Assembly: GCA_038882955.1 (NCBI GenBank)
Contig: JAVZNC010000001.1
Span: forward strand, 192,001 to 256,000
Direction of reading: 5' to 3'
DNA from: Candidatus Bathyarchaeia archaeon
Lineage (GTDB): Archaea > Thermoproteota > Bathyarchaeia > Bathyarchaeales > Bathycorpusculaceae
DNA: 64,000 bases
Shown here piece after piece: positions 20,538 through 30,425 of the stretch (position 1 is the first letter of the stretch; each line of letters starts with the position of its first letter). The notes beneath the pieces are model-generated. The model was not told the DNA's origin and made no database searches. It saw only the letters and a program-made list of their open reading frames with translations. The position numbers were made by a program, and so were the translations under genes.

Positions 20538-21149
20538 ATGAGGAAAGGCAGAAAAGCAAAAAATGAGGAAACTATAATTATCTGTGTTTGCGGATTAGCT
20601 GGAAGCGGAAAAAGCACACTTGCAAAAAAAATAGCTGAAAAATACGGTTTAACATATTACTCAGGCGGAGACGCGCTGAAAGCCTTAGCCATAGAAGAGG
20701 GCTACAAGCCATCTACACGTGGATGGTGGGAAAAAACAGAGGGAATGCGTTTCCTAGAAAGACGAGGAAAAGACCCGAAATTTGATAAAATGGTTGACGC
20801 GAAACTTTTGGAACTTGCGAAGAAAGGAAACGTAGTCCTAGACAGTTGGACGATGCCGTGGCTACTCGAAAAGGGGTTCAAAATATGGCTTGAAGCTTCG
20901 CCACGTAAAAGGGCCGAAAGAATTGCAAAAAGGGATGGAATAAGCATTGAAGAAGCCCTAGAAGCTTTAGAAAATAAAGAAAAGCAAACAAAGGAAATAT
21001 ATAAGCGACTTTATGGCTTTAGCCTTGGAGAAGATTTTGCGCCATTTCACCTAATTTTAGATACTGAAAATCTCGGGGCTGAGGAGGTTTTCCAAACCCT
21101 CTGCAGCGTAATAGATAACATGGTTCTTCGAAAAAGAGGAAAAGAATAG
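20538..21149 (+). CDS. cmk: Cytidylate kinase
   Basis: GLAGSGKST, RAERIAKRD, position after L34e. Confidence 0.9.
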   Translation: MRKGRKAKNEETIIICVCGLAGSGKSTLAKKIAEKYGLTYYSGGDALKALAIEEGYKPSTRGWWEKTEGMRFLERRGKDPKFDKMVDAKLLELAKKGNVVLDSWTMPWLLEKGFKIWLEASPRKRAERIAKRDGISIEEALEALENKEKQTKEIYKRLYGFSLGEDFAPFHLILDTENLGAEEVFQTLCSVIDNMVLRKRGKE

Positions 21150-21255
21150 CACCGTTTAGTACATTCATGAAGAATTGCGCAAATTTTAAAAACTTGAATA
21201 ATTTTCTAGTTTTGTCTTCTAGAATTAAATTCTAAAAATTACGGGGGAGGGAACA

Positions 21256-21630
21256 ATAATCAAGTGCAAAAAGGCGATAGCAGTCGCAGCTTCAGTGATA
21301 GGAAGCGCTTTATCCCTGTTTCTATCAGCAACTTTCATAAACACGGAATCAGCGATTATGCTTGCCGTTTTTAACGCACTCTTTGTTACTTTAACATTTT
21401 ACTTAGAAGGCTCTGGAACACGTAAAGCCTCTCTCATACTTTTAGGTAACGCCTGCGGTTTCTGTTGGAATTACCTTTTCTTTCTCTTCTCCTACTTTGG
21501 AGCGTATTATATGGGAGAACCTTTCAAAATTTTATACGCACTTACCAACCCATTCCTAAATATAATGTGGACCGTTTTCTTTTGGTCAATAAGCCTAACA
21601 GCACTATCAAGAAAGGGCGAAGTCGCTTGA
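21256..21630 (+). CDS. Small multi-TM membrane protein (start uncertain: ATA 21256 after SD, or GTG 21295)
   Basis: About 4 hydrophobic segments; coupled to the downstream GT2. Confidence 0.65.
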   Translation: MIKCKKAIAVAASVIGSALSLFLSATFINTESAIMLAVFNALFVTLTFYLEGSGTRKASLILLGNACGFCWNYLFFLFSYFGAYYMGEPFKILYALTNPFLNIMWTVFFWSISLTALSRKGEVA

Positions 21631-22925
21631 TGACTGAAATTTTAGAAGCTTTGTTCATTGTTTTCGCAATTTTAATGACAGCCTATCTTGTAAGACACTA
21701 TATTTTCACATTAACCGTTTTGAAAAATGCGAGCAAACACCAAAGAGCCACTAACAACAGTGAGATGAACCATCCCAAAGTTTCGATATTGATTCCAGCA
21801 CGCAACGAAGAAAATGTCATCAGAAGAATACTTCAAAGAATGACAGAGCTAACTTACCCAAAGAATAAAATGGAAGTAATAATTATCAACGATGCATCAA
21901 CAGACAAAACTGGCGCAATAGCAAAACAGTACACAGCAACGTACAGCTACATCAAGGTTATACACAGAAGCGAAAAAGAGGGCGGAAAGGGAAAAGCATC
22001 AGCATTAAACGCTGGCTTAGCGCAATCAAGCGGCGAATTCATCTTCTGTTTCGACGCGGACTACTACCCGCAACATGACATAATTGAAAAACTTGTAAAG
22101 GAATTTGCAGATCCAACCGTTGGAATAGTGCAAGGAAGAATCACGGTTCTAAACGAACCACAAAACGTTGTAACAAGACTCGTCTCGCTAGAAAGGATAG
22201 GCGGATACAGAATCGACCAAGAAGCAAGAAATGATTTGGGGCTTATCCCACAATTCGGAGGAACCGTAGGCGGAATAAGACGCGATTTGCTTGAGTTTTT
22301 GGGCGGATGGGACGAAAACATGCTCGCAGAAGACACGGACTTAACTTTTCGCGCCTACCTTGCAGGCTATAAGGTGCGTTATGTAAATGAGGCAGAATGT
22401 TATGAAGAGGCTGTTGAAAGCTGGCAAACCTATTGGAAGCAACGGTACAGATGGGCCAAGGGACACATGCAATGCGCCTTCAAACACACGCTGAACATTT
22501 TAAAAAGCAAAAATTTGAATTTAAAAGAAAAAATTGACGGTTTCCTCCTTCTAAACGTGTATTTCATGCCGATAATTGTACTATTCTCACTCATCATAGG
22601 AGCTACGCTGTTCATACTTAAACAACAACCACCACCCATACTCTGGTCGACAATTCCCATCTCAATCTACAGTTTTGTAGGAAACTTCGCCCCATTTTTC
22701 GAAGTTGGAATAGGAACGTACCTTGACGGGAGAACAAGAGCACATTGGCTTCTCCCACTCCTAGTTTTCGCCTTCATATATAACATACCCATATGCACGA
22801 AGGCGCTGGTAGACCTGTGTATTGAAAAGTTGCTCAAAAAAAATGGAAATAATTGGGCGAAAACATTTCATTCTGGTAATGGAAACAGTTATATTTTGAA
22901 TCATGGCATACCATCAAAAAGATGA
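21630..22925 (+). CDS. Processive GT2 glycosyltransferase (cellulose/PNAG synthase-like)
   Basis: PARNE, DAD, AED, QRYRW (QxxRW), flanking TMs. Confidence 0.9.
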   Translation: MTEILEALFIVFAILMTAYLVRHYIFTLTVLKNASKHQRATNNSEMNHPKVSILIPARNEENVIRRILQRMTELTYPKNKMEVIIINDASTDKTGAIAKQYTATYSYIKVIHRSEKEGGKGKASALNAGLAQSSGEFIFCFDADYYPQHDIIEKLVKEFADPTVGIVQGRITVLNEPQNVVTRLVSLERIGGYRIDQEARNDLGLIPQFGGTVGGIRRDLLEFLGGWDENMLAEDTDLTFRAYLAGYKVRYVNEAECYEEAVESWQTYWKQRYRWAKGHMQCAFKHTLNILKSKNLNLKEKIDGFLLLNVYFMPIIVLFSLIIGATLFILKQQPPPILWSTIPISIYSFVGNFAPFFEVGIGTYLDGRTRAHWLLPLLVFAFIYNIPICTKALVDLCIEKLLKKNGNNWAKTFHSGNGNSYILNHGIPSKR

Positions 22926-23185
22926 CCGTTCCGAATCTGAACTCAACAGAATTTTCAGCGCTAATCATAGGAATTGCAACCTTCGTTTTCATAATGCTCC
23001 TACCAGCACTTATCGAAATTAAAAAACCCAAGGACGCTGGACCAAGAATAATAGAAAATTCTAACATAACCCCGCAAGCGAAGGAAAAACAACTTTTCAA
23101 CATGGAAGAAGAGCATCATTTTGACCAACAATTAACAAGGAAAGTTGCAGGAATACTCAGCTTTTTGTACAATTTGGAAACCTAA
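22922..23185 (+). CDS. Small single-TM protein
   Basis: N-terminal TM, overlaps the GT2 stop. Confidence 0.6.
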   Translation: MTVPNLNSTEFSALIIGIATFVFIMLLPALIEIKKPKDAGPRIIENSNITPQAKEKQLFNMEEEHHFDQQLTRKVAGILSFLYNLET

Positions 23186-24225
23186 TCTCTCTTCAAAAAA
23201 AGTTTTGCGCTCCGCCACCTATCTCTAGCTATCTGCATGTTGCCAACGACGCTTCCATGAATAGAATAGAAAATATAACAAAGATAGGTACAATCACGGC
23301 ACTTGCTGTAGGTTTCCCTCAAGTAATCAAACTTTTTGCTGCTCCAAACCTTCGGTAACTCAAAAATTGAGGCAACAGGCTTGTGAAGGTGACAACCAGA
23401 AACCTCGCCTAGATGGTTTACCACAAAAAAACTCCGCAAAGCGCGGCATCTCCATGTTCTTTTACCAGTCGCATAAAGGGATTTAATCGCCTCCAAAACC
23501 TTAGTTGTCATTAGAATCTTGCCGTTTTTATGCTTCAAATCTGCTAGAGAATCGCATAATTCAACCATAGCCTTATTATCCTCTATAATAAACTCGTCGT
23601 TAGCTTTACCTATGCCAAAAAGCGAACTCGCTTGGTCTGAAAGGTCAAAAGAGTATAGGCAATACCATAATGGAATATCCTTTTCCAAGAAGTATTTAGT
23701 GAGATCCATGATTTCATAAAGGTTAAACTGCGAAATTGTTGGCGAAACACTTACGTTAATTCCTTCGCTACGCAGTTTTTCAACAGCTTCCACAGCTTTT
23801 TTCCATGAACCCTTAACACCTTTAATAACATCGTTCTTCTCTGGGTCTAGACTGTCTAGTGAAATTGCAACAAAATCCGCGTTACGCAAGGCGTCAATTC
23901 TTTCCGCCGCCATACTCCCATTATCATAAACCGTCGTTATGAAAAAGCGAGACGCATACTCAATGATTTCGTCAATGTCCGATCTCAAAAGCGGATTGCC
24001 ACCGGATATCACGATTTCTAAAACGCCAAGTTTTCGGAGAATATCTAAGCCACGTTTAATTTCTTCCGTAGATAACTCCTTTGTGTCTCGTTCTCTCCAA
24101 ACGTTGCACCCCGCGCATTGATAGTTGCATCTTCTTGTAACCATCCATTGCACGTGGTATGGTCTGTTCGGAGTTAATGCTCTGGACATTACGCTTAACG
24201 CTTTTCTAGGGGACATCGACGGCAA
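23182..24225 (-). CDS. Radical SAM protein with Twitch/SPASM-type C-terminus
   Basis: CNYQCAGC, SGGNP, C-terminal C...GC...CxxC. Confidence 0.88.
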   Translation of the reverse strand: MPSMSPRKALSVMSRALTPNRPYHVQWMVTRRCNYQCAGCNVWRERDTKELSTEEIKRGLDILRKLGVLEIVISGGNPLLRSDIDEIIEYASRFFITTVYDNGSMAAERIDALRNADFVAISLDSLDPEKNDVIKGVKGSWKKAVEAVEKLRSEGINVSVSPTISQFNLYEIMDLTKYFLEKDIPLWYCLYSFDLSDQASSLFGIGKANDEFIIEDNKAMVELCDSLADLKHKNGKILMTTKVLEAIKSLYATGKRTWRCRALRSFFVVNHLGEVSGCHLHKPVASIFELPKVWSSKKFDYLRETYSKCRDCTYLCYIFYSIHGSVVGNMQIARDRWRSAKLFLKRD

Positions 24226-24365
24226 TTTTTACACCGCACTTTTGTCTAATTAATCGTAAAATGCTTGATTTAAATATAAACTGTTAGCAACTTGCAGCCA
24301 ATTCCACTTATCGAACAATAAAAGGTTTTAAACAGCCACAGTTCTAGATTTGTGCGTGTTAACCG

Positions 24366-25064
24366 TTGGAAACAGAAACTCTTAGGAAATTCGGCGAAGA
24401 ATACTTCGCCCACCTAAAATATCCAAAAAGGGAGAAGGCAATTAAAAGCCACGTATTGGAATTGCTCAGATGGGGATCCAAAAATTTGGGGTTAAATTTA
24501 CTTGATGGAAGCGGAAAATCTGCTTTGGATGTGGGTTGCGCTTTTGGATATGGTGTGAGCCTTCTTGCGTCGCTTGGTTATGAGGCTGTAGGTGTGGATG
24601 TGTCAAAGTTTGGCGTGAGGCAAGCCAAAAAAAGGAATAGGGCAAATGATTTTGCCATTTGCGATGTGCAGTGGAATCTCCCATTCAAAAGGAAATTTGA
24701 TTTGGTGATATGCCTTGAAGTTTTGGAGCACCTCCAAAATCCCCTTCTAGCACTGCAAAACATGTATGACGTTTGTGATGACATAATCCTTTGTACAACA
24801 CCAAACAAAACAGTCGAACGGATTGTAAAGAAAATTTTAAAGGATTTTGACAAGACGCACGTGAACGTGAAGACTCCGAGCGAGTGGGAAAGGCAAATCA
24901 AAAATGCTTTAGGGGACAGCCTTGTCAAAGTTGAATGCTTTGTGGACTTTACTTTTAGCGTAGCTGACAGATTGTTTTTTAAGTCCTTTAGGCTACCATT
25001 CGGGATGGATACGCGGATACTGATTAAAAAAAAAGGTGTATCCGATGAACAACGAGTCCATTGA
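24366..25064 (+). CDS. Class I SAM-dependent methyltransferase
   Basis: LDVGCAFG, GVDVS, FDLVICLEVLEH. Confidence 0.9.
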   Translation: METETLRKFGEEYFAHLKYPKREKAIKSHVLELLRWGSKNLGLNLLDGSGKSALDVGCAFGYGVSLLASLGYEAVGVDVSKFGVRQAKKRNRANDFAICDVQWNLPFKRKFDLVICLEVLEHLQNPLLALQNMYDVCDDIILCTTPNKTVERIVKKILKDFDKTHVNVKTPSEWERQIKNALGDSLVKVECFVDFTFSVADRLFFKSFRLPFGMDTRILIKKKGVSDEQRVH

Positions 25065-25803
25065 CGTTGTTATGCTTACAAAAAACAGCGAGAGGATGCT
25101 GGAAAAATGCTTGGATTCTGTTTACAGAAATGTACCAGTTAACCGTTTGATAATTGTTGATGGCTACTCAACGGACTCAACTCTAGAAATAACAAAAAAA
25201 TTTCATGAAAAATATGGAAATGTTGTTTTAATTATGGATAATGGTACACGTGGCAGTGCGAGAATGAAGGGAATAAAGGAGGTCAAAACAGACTGGTTCA
25301 TCTTTGTTGATAGTGACGTAACCCTATGTGACGGATGGTATGAAAAAGCAAAACAGCTTATGAGCAAAGATGTTGGCGCAATCTGGGGTATAGAAATTTG
25401 GGAAGGAATACAAAACCCAAAAACACTAAAACTTTTCCTGAAAATAACGCGGAAAATTTTCGAGTTAAGAGGGGGAACACATGATTTGCTTGTGCGTTAC
25501 GACGCAATAAAGGACATAGAAATTCCGAGAGACCTACATGTGTTTGAAGACATGTTTATTAAGGAATGGATAGAGCATAAGGGTTATAGACTGGTGGCAA
25601 CTTACGACCCGTATTGCATACATTATAGACCACCAGAAACTTGGACAATAAAGGGGAGCATAAAGATACTTGCTGACAATCTTCGCTTCGGGTCTTTTCA
25701 AAAACTACCAAAACTGTTTGTTGCCTATGCTTTTTACACGGTTTATGTTCTTTACAGAAGTTTATCCCAGAAAATTGACCGCAAAACAGCGGGTAACAAA
25801 TGA
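25045..25803 (+). CDS. GT2 glycosyltransferase
   Basis: IIVDGYSTDST, FVDSD. Confidence 0.9.
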   Translation: MNNESIDVVMLTKNSERMLEKCLDSVYRNVPVNRLIIVDGYSTDSTLEITKKFHEKYGNVVLIMDNGTRGSARMKGIKEVKTDWFIFVDSDVTLCDGWYEKAKQLMSKDVGAIWGIEIWEGIQNPKTLKLFLKITRKIFELRGGTHDLLVRYDAIKDIEIPRDLHVFEDMFIKEWIEHKGYRLVATYDPYCIHYRPPETWTIKGSIKILADNLRFGSFQKLPKLFVAYAFYTVYVLYRSLSQKIDRKTAGNK

Positions 25804-26591
25804 GTACCAAAAAGCAAGTTTCAGTTGTAATTCGAACAAGGGATAAGGAAAGATTTCTAGAAAACCTTTTAGAAAGGCTGGCTATGCAGACGCTGTCACC
25901 ATCAGAAATAATAATTGTAAACAATTATTCTTCAGAAGAGGAAAGAAGGTTTCTCGAGAACCAAGTGTCAGAGTGTTTTTGGAACTTTTTCCGAGAAAGA
26001 AAGAATGCCCTTAAAATTATCGCCTTATCAGATGCAGAGTTTTCACATGCATATTCCACAAACCTAGGCGTACATGCCGCAGAAAACGAACTAGTCTGCA
26101 TAACAAACGCGCATTCTCTCCCAACGTCGTACCATTGGCTCCAAGATGGCGCAAGACACTTCATAAATCCAAGCGTCGCAGGAGTAAGCGGCTTCTTTTT
26201 GCCACACAGCGAAGGCAAGGTTTTTGGAAATTTGGATAAACTGTTGTACTATTTTTCGCAAAAATTTGTTTTGCATCAAGACTGGTGTTCCACGATTAAC
26301 TGCATAATTAGGAAATCATTATGGCAAGTTTACCCCTTCGACGAAAACCTACCGAAAATTATACCGCAAACTCGAAGGTATGGATTGGAGGATTATGATT
26401 GGAGTAAAGAAATGATTTTCAGAGGATACAAAATAATTGTTGACCCCTCATTCAGCGTTTTTCATTCCCATGGAAAAGGCGTTGATGAAATAATAAGAAA
26501 TGTTAGGGGCTACTTTGTTTATCGGCGGTTACAGCAAAAAATAAACCAGTTAAAAAGACCTAGAAAATCCTTCAGCAAGCTCCTAGCCTAA
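25800..26591 (+). CDS. GT2 glycosyltransferase
   Basis: VSVVIRTRD, EIIIVNNYS, FDE...ED. Confidence 0.85.
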   Translation: MSTKKQVSVVIRTRDKERFLENLLERLAMQTLSPSEIIIVNNYSSEEERRFLENQVSECFWNFFRERKNALKIIALSDAEFSHAYSTNLGVHAAENELVCITNAHSLPTSYHWLQDGARHFINPSVAGVSGFFLPHSEGKVFGNLDKLLYYFSQKFVLHQDWCSTINCIIRKSLWQVYPFDENLPKIIPQTRRYGLEDYDWSKEMIFRGYKIIVDPSFSVFHSHGKGVDEIIRNVRGYFVYRRLQQKINQLKRPRKSFSKLLA

Positions 26592-27596
26592 CTTCTCCAA
26601 TACTAGCCATAAATGGTCGCATTCTGGTCTAACCAGCTCTTTTTCGCTTCCGTCCCTGCATTTGATTAGGCGCTCACCCGTATTTGGCGAAAATTCGCCG
26701 ATAATATTTGCAGGTATTCTATTTTTCTTCAAATTCTGCAAAACAATATTAGCCGAATCTCGTTCAGCAGCAATTAAAATGCTTCCAGAGGCAATCAAGC
26801 AAAGCGGGTCAATATCAAAGAAACGGCAAATTTGAAGGGTTTCTTTGGCGACTGGAATTTTCTCTTCATAAATTTTAAAGCCAAGTTTTGAAGCATCCGC
26901 CATTTCATGTATGCCGCCGGCTACGCCGCCTTCTGTGGGGTCATGCATGGCGTGAACTGCACTTGTTTTGAAGGCAGTTAGTGCATCTTTGACAACGCTG
27001 ATTTTTTCAAAGAAATTCTTGGCGTTAGCTAACGTTTCTTCGTCAACAGCCCTTTTTAATTCTTTTTCCATGTCTGAAGCGAGGATTGCAGTTCCTTCAA
27101 TTCCAGCGCTTTTCGTCAAAATTATTTTATCTCCAGCCTTAGCGTTTCCAGCAGTCACATAATTTCCTTTTTCCGTAACCCCCATCGCACAGCCGACAAC
27201 TATTGGATGAGTCAGCTCAGGTGTTACTTCGCAGTGTCCGCCAGCAATCGCTACCCCCAAATTTTTCGCCGCAGCATCCATTTGCGTGCATATAGTCTCA
27301 AGCATTTTTCTATCAGCCCTTTCTGGAAGTAGTATGCAAGAGAAAAAGAATGCTGGTTCAACGCCAAAAGTAGCAATATCATTCGCGTTAATGTTTAAAG
27401 CCAACCAGCCTATGCGCTCTAAAGCTCCAGTAATAGGGTCCATAGAAACAATCAAGGATTTATTGCCAACATCTATAACCGTGCCATCAAATCCTATTGA
27501 AGGCCCTAAAACGACTTCTTCACGTTCAAAACCTAGGTTTTTAAAAACAACATCTTGGAGAAATTCTATAGGAATTTTCCCAAGCGGCAACTTCAT
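26583..27596 (-). CDS. PurM/ThiL/HypE (AIR synthase) superfamily protein, function unknown
   Basis: DPIT, NANDIA, GGHCE, MHDPTEGG; lacks the HypE C-terminal Cys. Confidence 0.85.
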   Translation of the reverse strand: MKLPLGKIPIEFLQDVVFKNLGFEREEVVLGPSIGFDGTVIDVGNKSLIVSMDPITGALERIGWLALNINANDIATFGVEPAFFFSCILLPERADRKMLETICTQMDAAAKNLGVAIAGGHCEVTPELTHPIVVGCAMGVTEKGNYVTAGNAKAGDKIILTKSAGIEGTAILASDMEKELKRAVDEETLANAKNFFEKISVVKDALTAFKTSAVHAMHDPTEGGVAGGIHEMADASKLGFKIYEEKIPVAKETLQICRFFDIDPLCLIASGSILIAAERDSANIVLQNLKKNRIPANIIGEFSPNTGERLIKCRDGSEKELVRPECDHLWLVLEKLG

Positions 27597-27626
27597 TTTT
27601 GATCCTCTGAAATATAATTTCTTGTT

Positions 27627-28373
27627 TTAGCTTTTAAGCTGTGGGAGGCTGCGAAGAATAATTTTCAAAATTGGTATTGCGACAATTAATCCAATAAGCA
27701 TTTGCCCTATATTTATTGGAATTTCCACGATGGCTGCTGGCTTACTTAATACGAACTGCTCGTAAAGAAAATATCCGCAGACCATCTCTAAACCGCCAAT
27801 GATTATTGCAAAAATGGAACGCCCAAGTTCTGGTTCAATTCTAAAACCCATAAAGACTATTAGCAGAACTGAGGCACCGCCTAGAGAATACCAAAGCTCT
27901 GGAGGAACAAAAACGCTAAATGTAGGATTTTGAGGTTGAGGGAAACCAATGTACAAGTCTACTTTTCCAACGTAATACATGGAGCCAGCCATTGCAAGTA
28001 AAACACCTACAACAATTCCTAGTATCGACGTAAAAATTTTCCATTTAAACCTCGAAGTCCGCACAAGAAATCTCTTATTTAAGAAACCCACTATTGCTCC
28101 CTCAAAACTTTTTATTATAAAAGTTCCTGGAGCAAATTGTGGTGCTACCAACATATCTGCTATGGAGGCACCAACTCCACCGGCGAAGGCGCCTACATAA
28201 GGTCCAAAAAGCAATGCAGCTACATAAATCACTGTTTCACCTATGTTAAAGTACCCTGTTGTTGCTGGAACGTTTACTATGAAGGCTATCGTTGCAATGC
28301 ATACTAATGCAGCAAAAACTGCGGATATAGTAAACTGAAAGGTTGTTTTCGCAGAGTTAACCTTCGGTCTCAT
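27627..28373 (-). CDS. ECF transporter S component (vitamin/precursor uptake)
   Basis: FAALVCIAT...GYFNIGETVIYVAALLFGP..GAFAGGVGASIAD...APGTFIIK. Confidence 0.88.
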   Translation of the reverse strand: MRPKVNSAKTTFQFTISAVFAALVCIATIAFIVNVPATTGYFNIGETVIYVAALLFGPYVGAFAGGVGASIADMLVAPQFAPGTFIIKSFEGAIVGFLNKRFLVRTSRFKWKIFTSILGIVVGVLLAMAGSMYYVGKVDLYIGFPQPQNPTFSVFVPPELWYSLGGASVLLIVFMGFRIEPELGRSIFAIIIGGLEMVCGYFLYEQFVLSKPAAIVEIPINIGQMLIGLIVAIPILKIILRSLPQLKS

Positions 28374-28384
28374 TGCGAAACCTG

Positions 28385-28408
28385 ATAGTGTAGTTACAAC
28401 TATACTAT
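28385..28408. promoter_or_regulatory. 24-bp inverted repeat, candidate operator of the ECF S gene
   Basis: ATAGTGTAGTT-AC-AACTATACTAT, arms match 10/11, 11 bp from the start codon. Confidence 0.6.
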
Positions 28409-28422
28409 ATTAGTTTTTCTAC

Positions 28423-29814
28423 TTACAAAAGAAGCTTTAAATCGTCAATTGCTTGTAAAACCTTTTTGCCGCGTTCTGTTATCTTGAAAAATTTTCTTCT
28501 ATCTTTTTTGTAACTTGCTATTAATCCTTTTCCATAAAGTTCTGTGAGGTGCTGGTATATTGCGCCTCTGGTCATTGTTTTTCCAAGTTTTTCCCACAAA
28601 TCGTAGCCGTAAGCATCCCTTTCTTTGAGAATCCTTAAGATTTTCTCTTTAGTGCTTATTTCTAAGCCTAAAACTGCCGTTTTCTGCTTTTTCGTTAACG
28701 CTTGCAGTATATCTGTGGCTTTAAGCCCGCTTCCAGTTATTGGACATACAACGCTTTCGTTTTTGGTGATGTGTCCTTCCTTAACAAGCTTTTTCAAAGC
28801 GGCAATTTCAGCTGAACTTGATGGTTCTGCAAATATGCCTTCATGTTTGGCTATGGTGAGTTCTGCCGTGAAAATTTCGCTGTCAGAAACTGTTAGGGCT
28901 AAGCCTCCTGACTCTTTTATCGCTTTTATTGCAAGTTCGCTTTGTATTGGCTCCTTAACAAGTAGGGCAAGGGCCTTTGTTGAAGGCTTTGCTGATATAC
29001 GCCTTTTCTTAAGTAGCATTTTAATTATTGCTGAGCTTCCCTCGGGTTGGACGCCGACCATTTTTGGAAGCTTTTTCGCTAAGCCTAACCGTTCAAGTGC
29101 TTTGAAACCTTTCCAAAGTGAATATATTGTTCCGCCGCTGCCCATAGAAACAATCATCCAGTCTGGAACTCCAAACTGTTCAAAAATTTCGTATGAAATT
29201 GTTTTCTGCGCCTCAATTACAAGCGGATTCAACTCCGCAGTTGCCTGATACCAGTTTAGTTCTTTTGCTAATGCCTCGGCTCTACGTATTGCGTCGTCAA
29301 TGAACTCTCCAAATTCTTCAATAGCAGCATCATAAACTAGCATTTGCGCCAGTTTACCAACATCAACAAGCTTAGGTACTATAACGTGGCAGTTCAGTCC
29401 CGCCTTTGCACAATAAGCAGCTATAGAGGCGCCGAGGTTTCCCATGCTTGCGCATACAAGCGTGTCATGTTTAAGGTCTAAAGCATTTGATGTTAGTAGG
29501 GCGGCAGCGCGGTCTCTATACGAGTTTGTCGGGTGTCTAGTTTCATCTTTTAGGTAAAGCTCTTTCAAACCTAAAAGTTTGGCAAGCCTATCAGCCCTAT
29601 GTAGGGGAGTTCCGCCCTCGCCCAAAGTTATCATGTGTCTAACTGGCGGAAGAAGATGCCTATACCTCCAAAAGCCAGCATAACCAGAAACGCCTAGTTT
29701 GCATGCAGATGAAATAGGCACATTATAGTCTAGTAAGCCTCCACATTTTTCGCACAAGCCACGTGGAGGAAACAATGGAAACTTGGCGCCGCATTTAAGG
29801 CACTCTAAAGCCAT
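28423..29814 (-). CDS. Threonine synthase-like domain (Schiff-base Lys replaced by Arg) fused to a PadR-type wHTH
   Basis: TLGEGGTPL, HPTNSYRDR, SMGSGG, EPSS, TGSGLK; C-terminal AYGYDL...GAIYQHL...RKFFKITERG. Confidence 0.85.
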   Translation of the reverse strand: MALECLKCGAKFPLFPPRGLCEKCGGLLDYNVPISSACKLGVSGYAGFWRYRHLLPPVRHMITLGEGGTPLHRADRLAKLLGLKELYLKDETRHPTNSYRDRAAALLTSNALDLKHDTLVCASMGNLGASIAAYCAKAGLNCHVIVPKLVDVGKLAQMLVYDAAIEEFGEFIDDAIRRAEALAKELNWYQATAELNPLVIEAQKTISYEIFEQFGVPDWMIVSMGSGGTIYSLWKGFKALERLGLAKKLPKMVGVQPEGSSAIIKMLLKKRRISAKPSTKALALLVKEPIQSELAIKAIKESGGLALTVSDSEIFTAELTIAKHEGIFAEPSSSAEIAALKKLVKEGHITKNESVVCPITGSGLKATDILQALTKKQKTAVLGLEISTKEKILRILKERDAYGYDLWEKLGKTMTRGAIYQHLTELYGKGLIASYKKDRRKFFKITERGKKVLQAIDDLKLLL

Positions 29815-29934
29815 GATTCCAATCCACAAATTACACTATAATTATTTGCACCTTAAAGTTCTTTTAAGCATTTACAAGCACTAATAAAATGGGAAAACTC
29901 TAAATGTGAGTATTATGCTGATAGATAGCAAGCC

Positions 29935-30333
29935 ATGAGCGGATCAGACATGAATGGAGAAAAAGTAGAGGAAGACCCCGTAAAACTGCACAAGGACGCA
30001 AACACGCTCTTTGAAACTGGCAAGTACAAGGAAGCCCTAGAGAAATTTCTAAGGGCGTCAGAGCTTTACCTAAAGAAAAACAACTTTTTCGATGCTACGT
30101 CGATGCTTTACAAAGCTGGAGAATGTGCTTACATGCTTAAGGACTATGAAACCGCCGTTGAACATTTCATGAAGTCCGCAGAACTGTCCTTCAACAAGGG
30201 ATTCGACAGATACGGCGTCAGCGCATTAGAATACGCCAGGGACTGCTATGAAGCCTTAAAGAATAAAGAAAAGGTAGAAGAGTTGAAGAAGAAGATAAAG
30301 GAGATAAAGGAAAAGCTGGAAGCTTCGTTCTAA
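29935..30333 (+). CDS. TPR/SNAP-like helical repeat protein
   Basis: Repeated A...F.+A.EL helical pattern. Confidence 0.7.
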   Translation: MSGSDMNGEKVEEDPVKLHKDANTLFETGKYKEALEKFLRASELYLKKNNFFDATSMLYKAGECAYMLKDYETAVEHFMKSAELSFNKGFDRYGVSALEYARDCYEALKNKEKVEELKKKIKEIKEKLEASF

Positions 30334-30425
30334 ATTTCGAACACCCTCTTCCTCTTTTAATTTGAACAAACACGTTTTTATCTTCAAACAGCCTAGCAAA
30401 ATTTAGCCCGCATTAAGGTAAGGTT

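Noticed and set aside
25026-25034. A9 tract as a phase-variation or frameshift site fusing the methyltransferase to GT2
   Set aside because: Both ORFs look complete, and A-runs are common in Lys codons here
26583-27596. Second hypE
   Set aside because: Lacks the C-terminal PRIC cysteine; the true hypE is at 6768-7835
28423-29814. Plain thrC annotation
   Set aside because: The Schiff-base Lys is replaced by Arg and there is an extra wHTH domain
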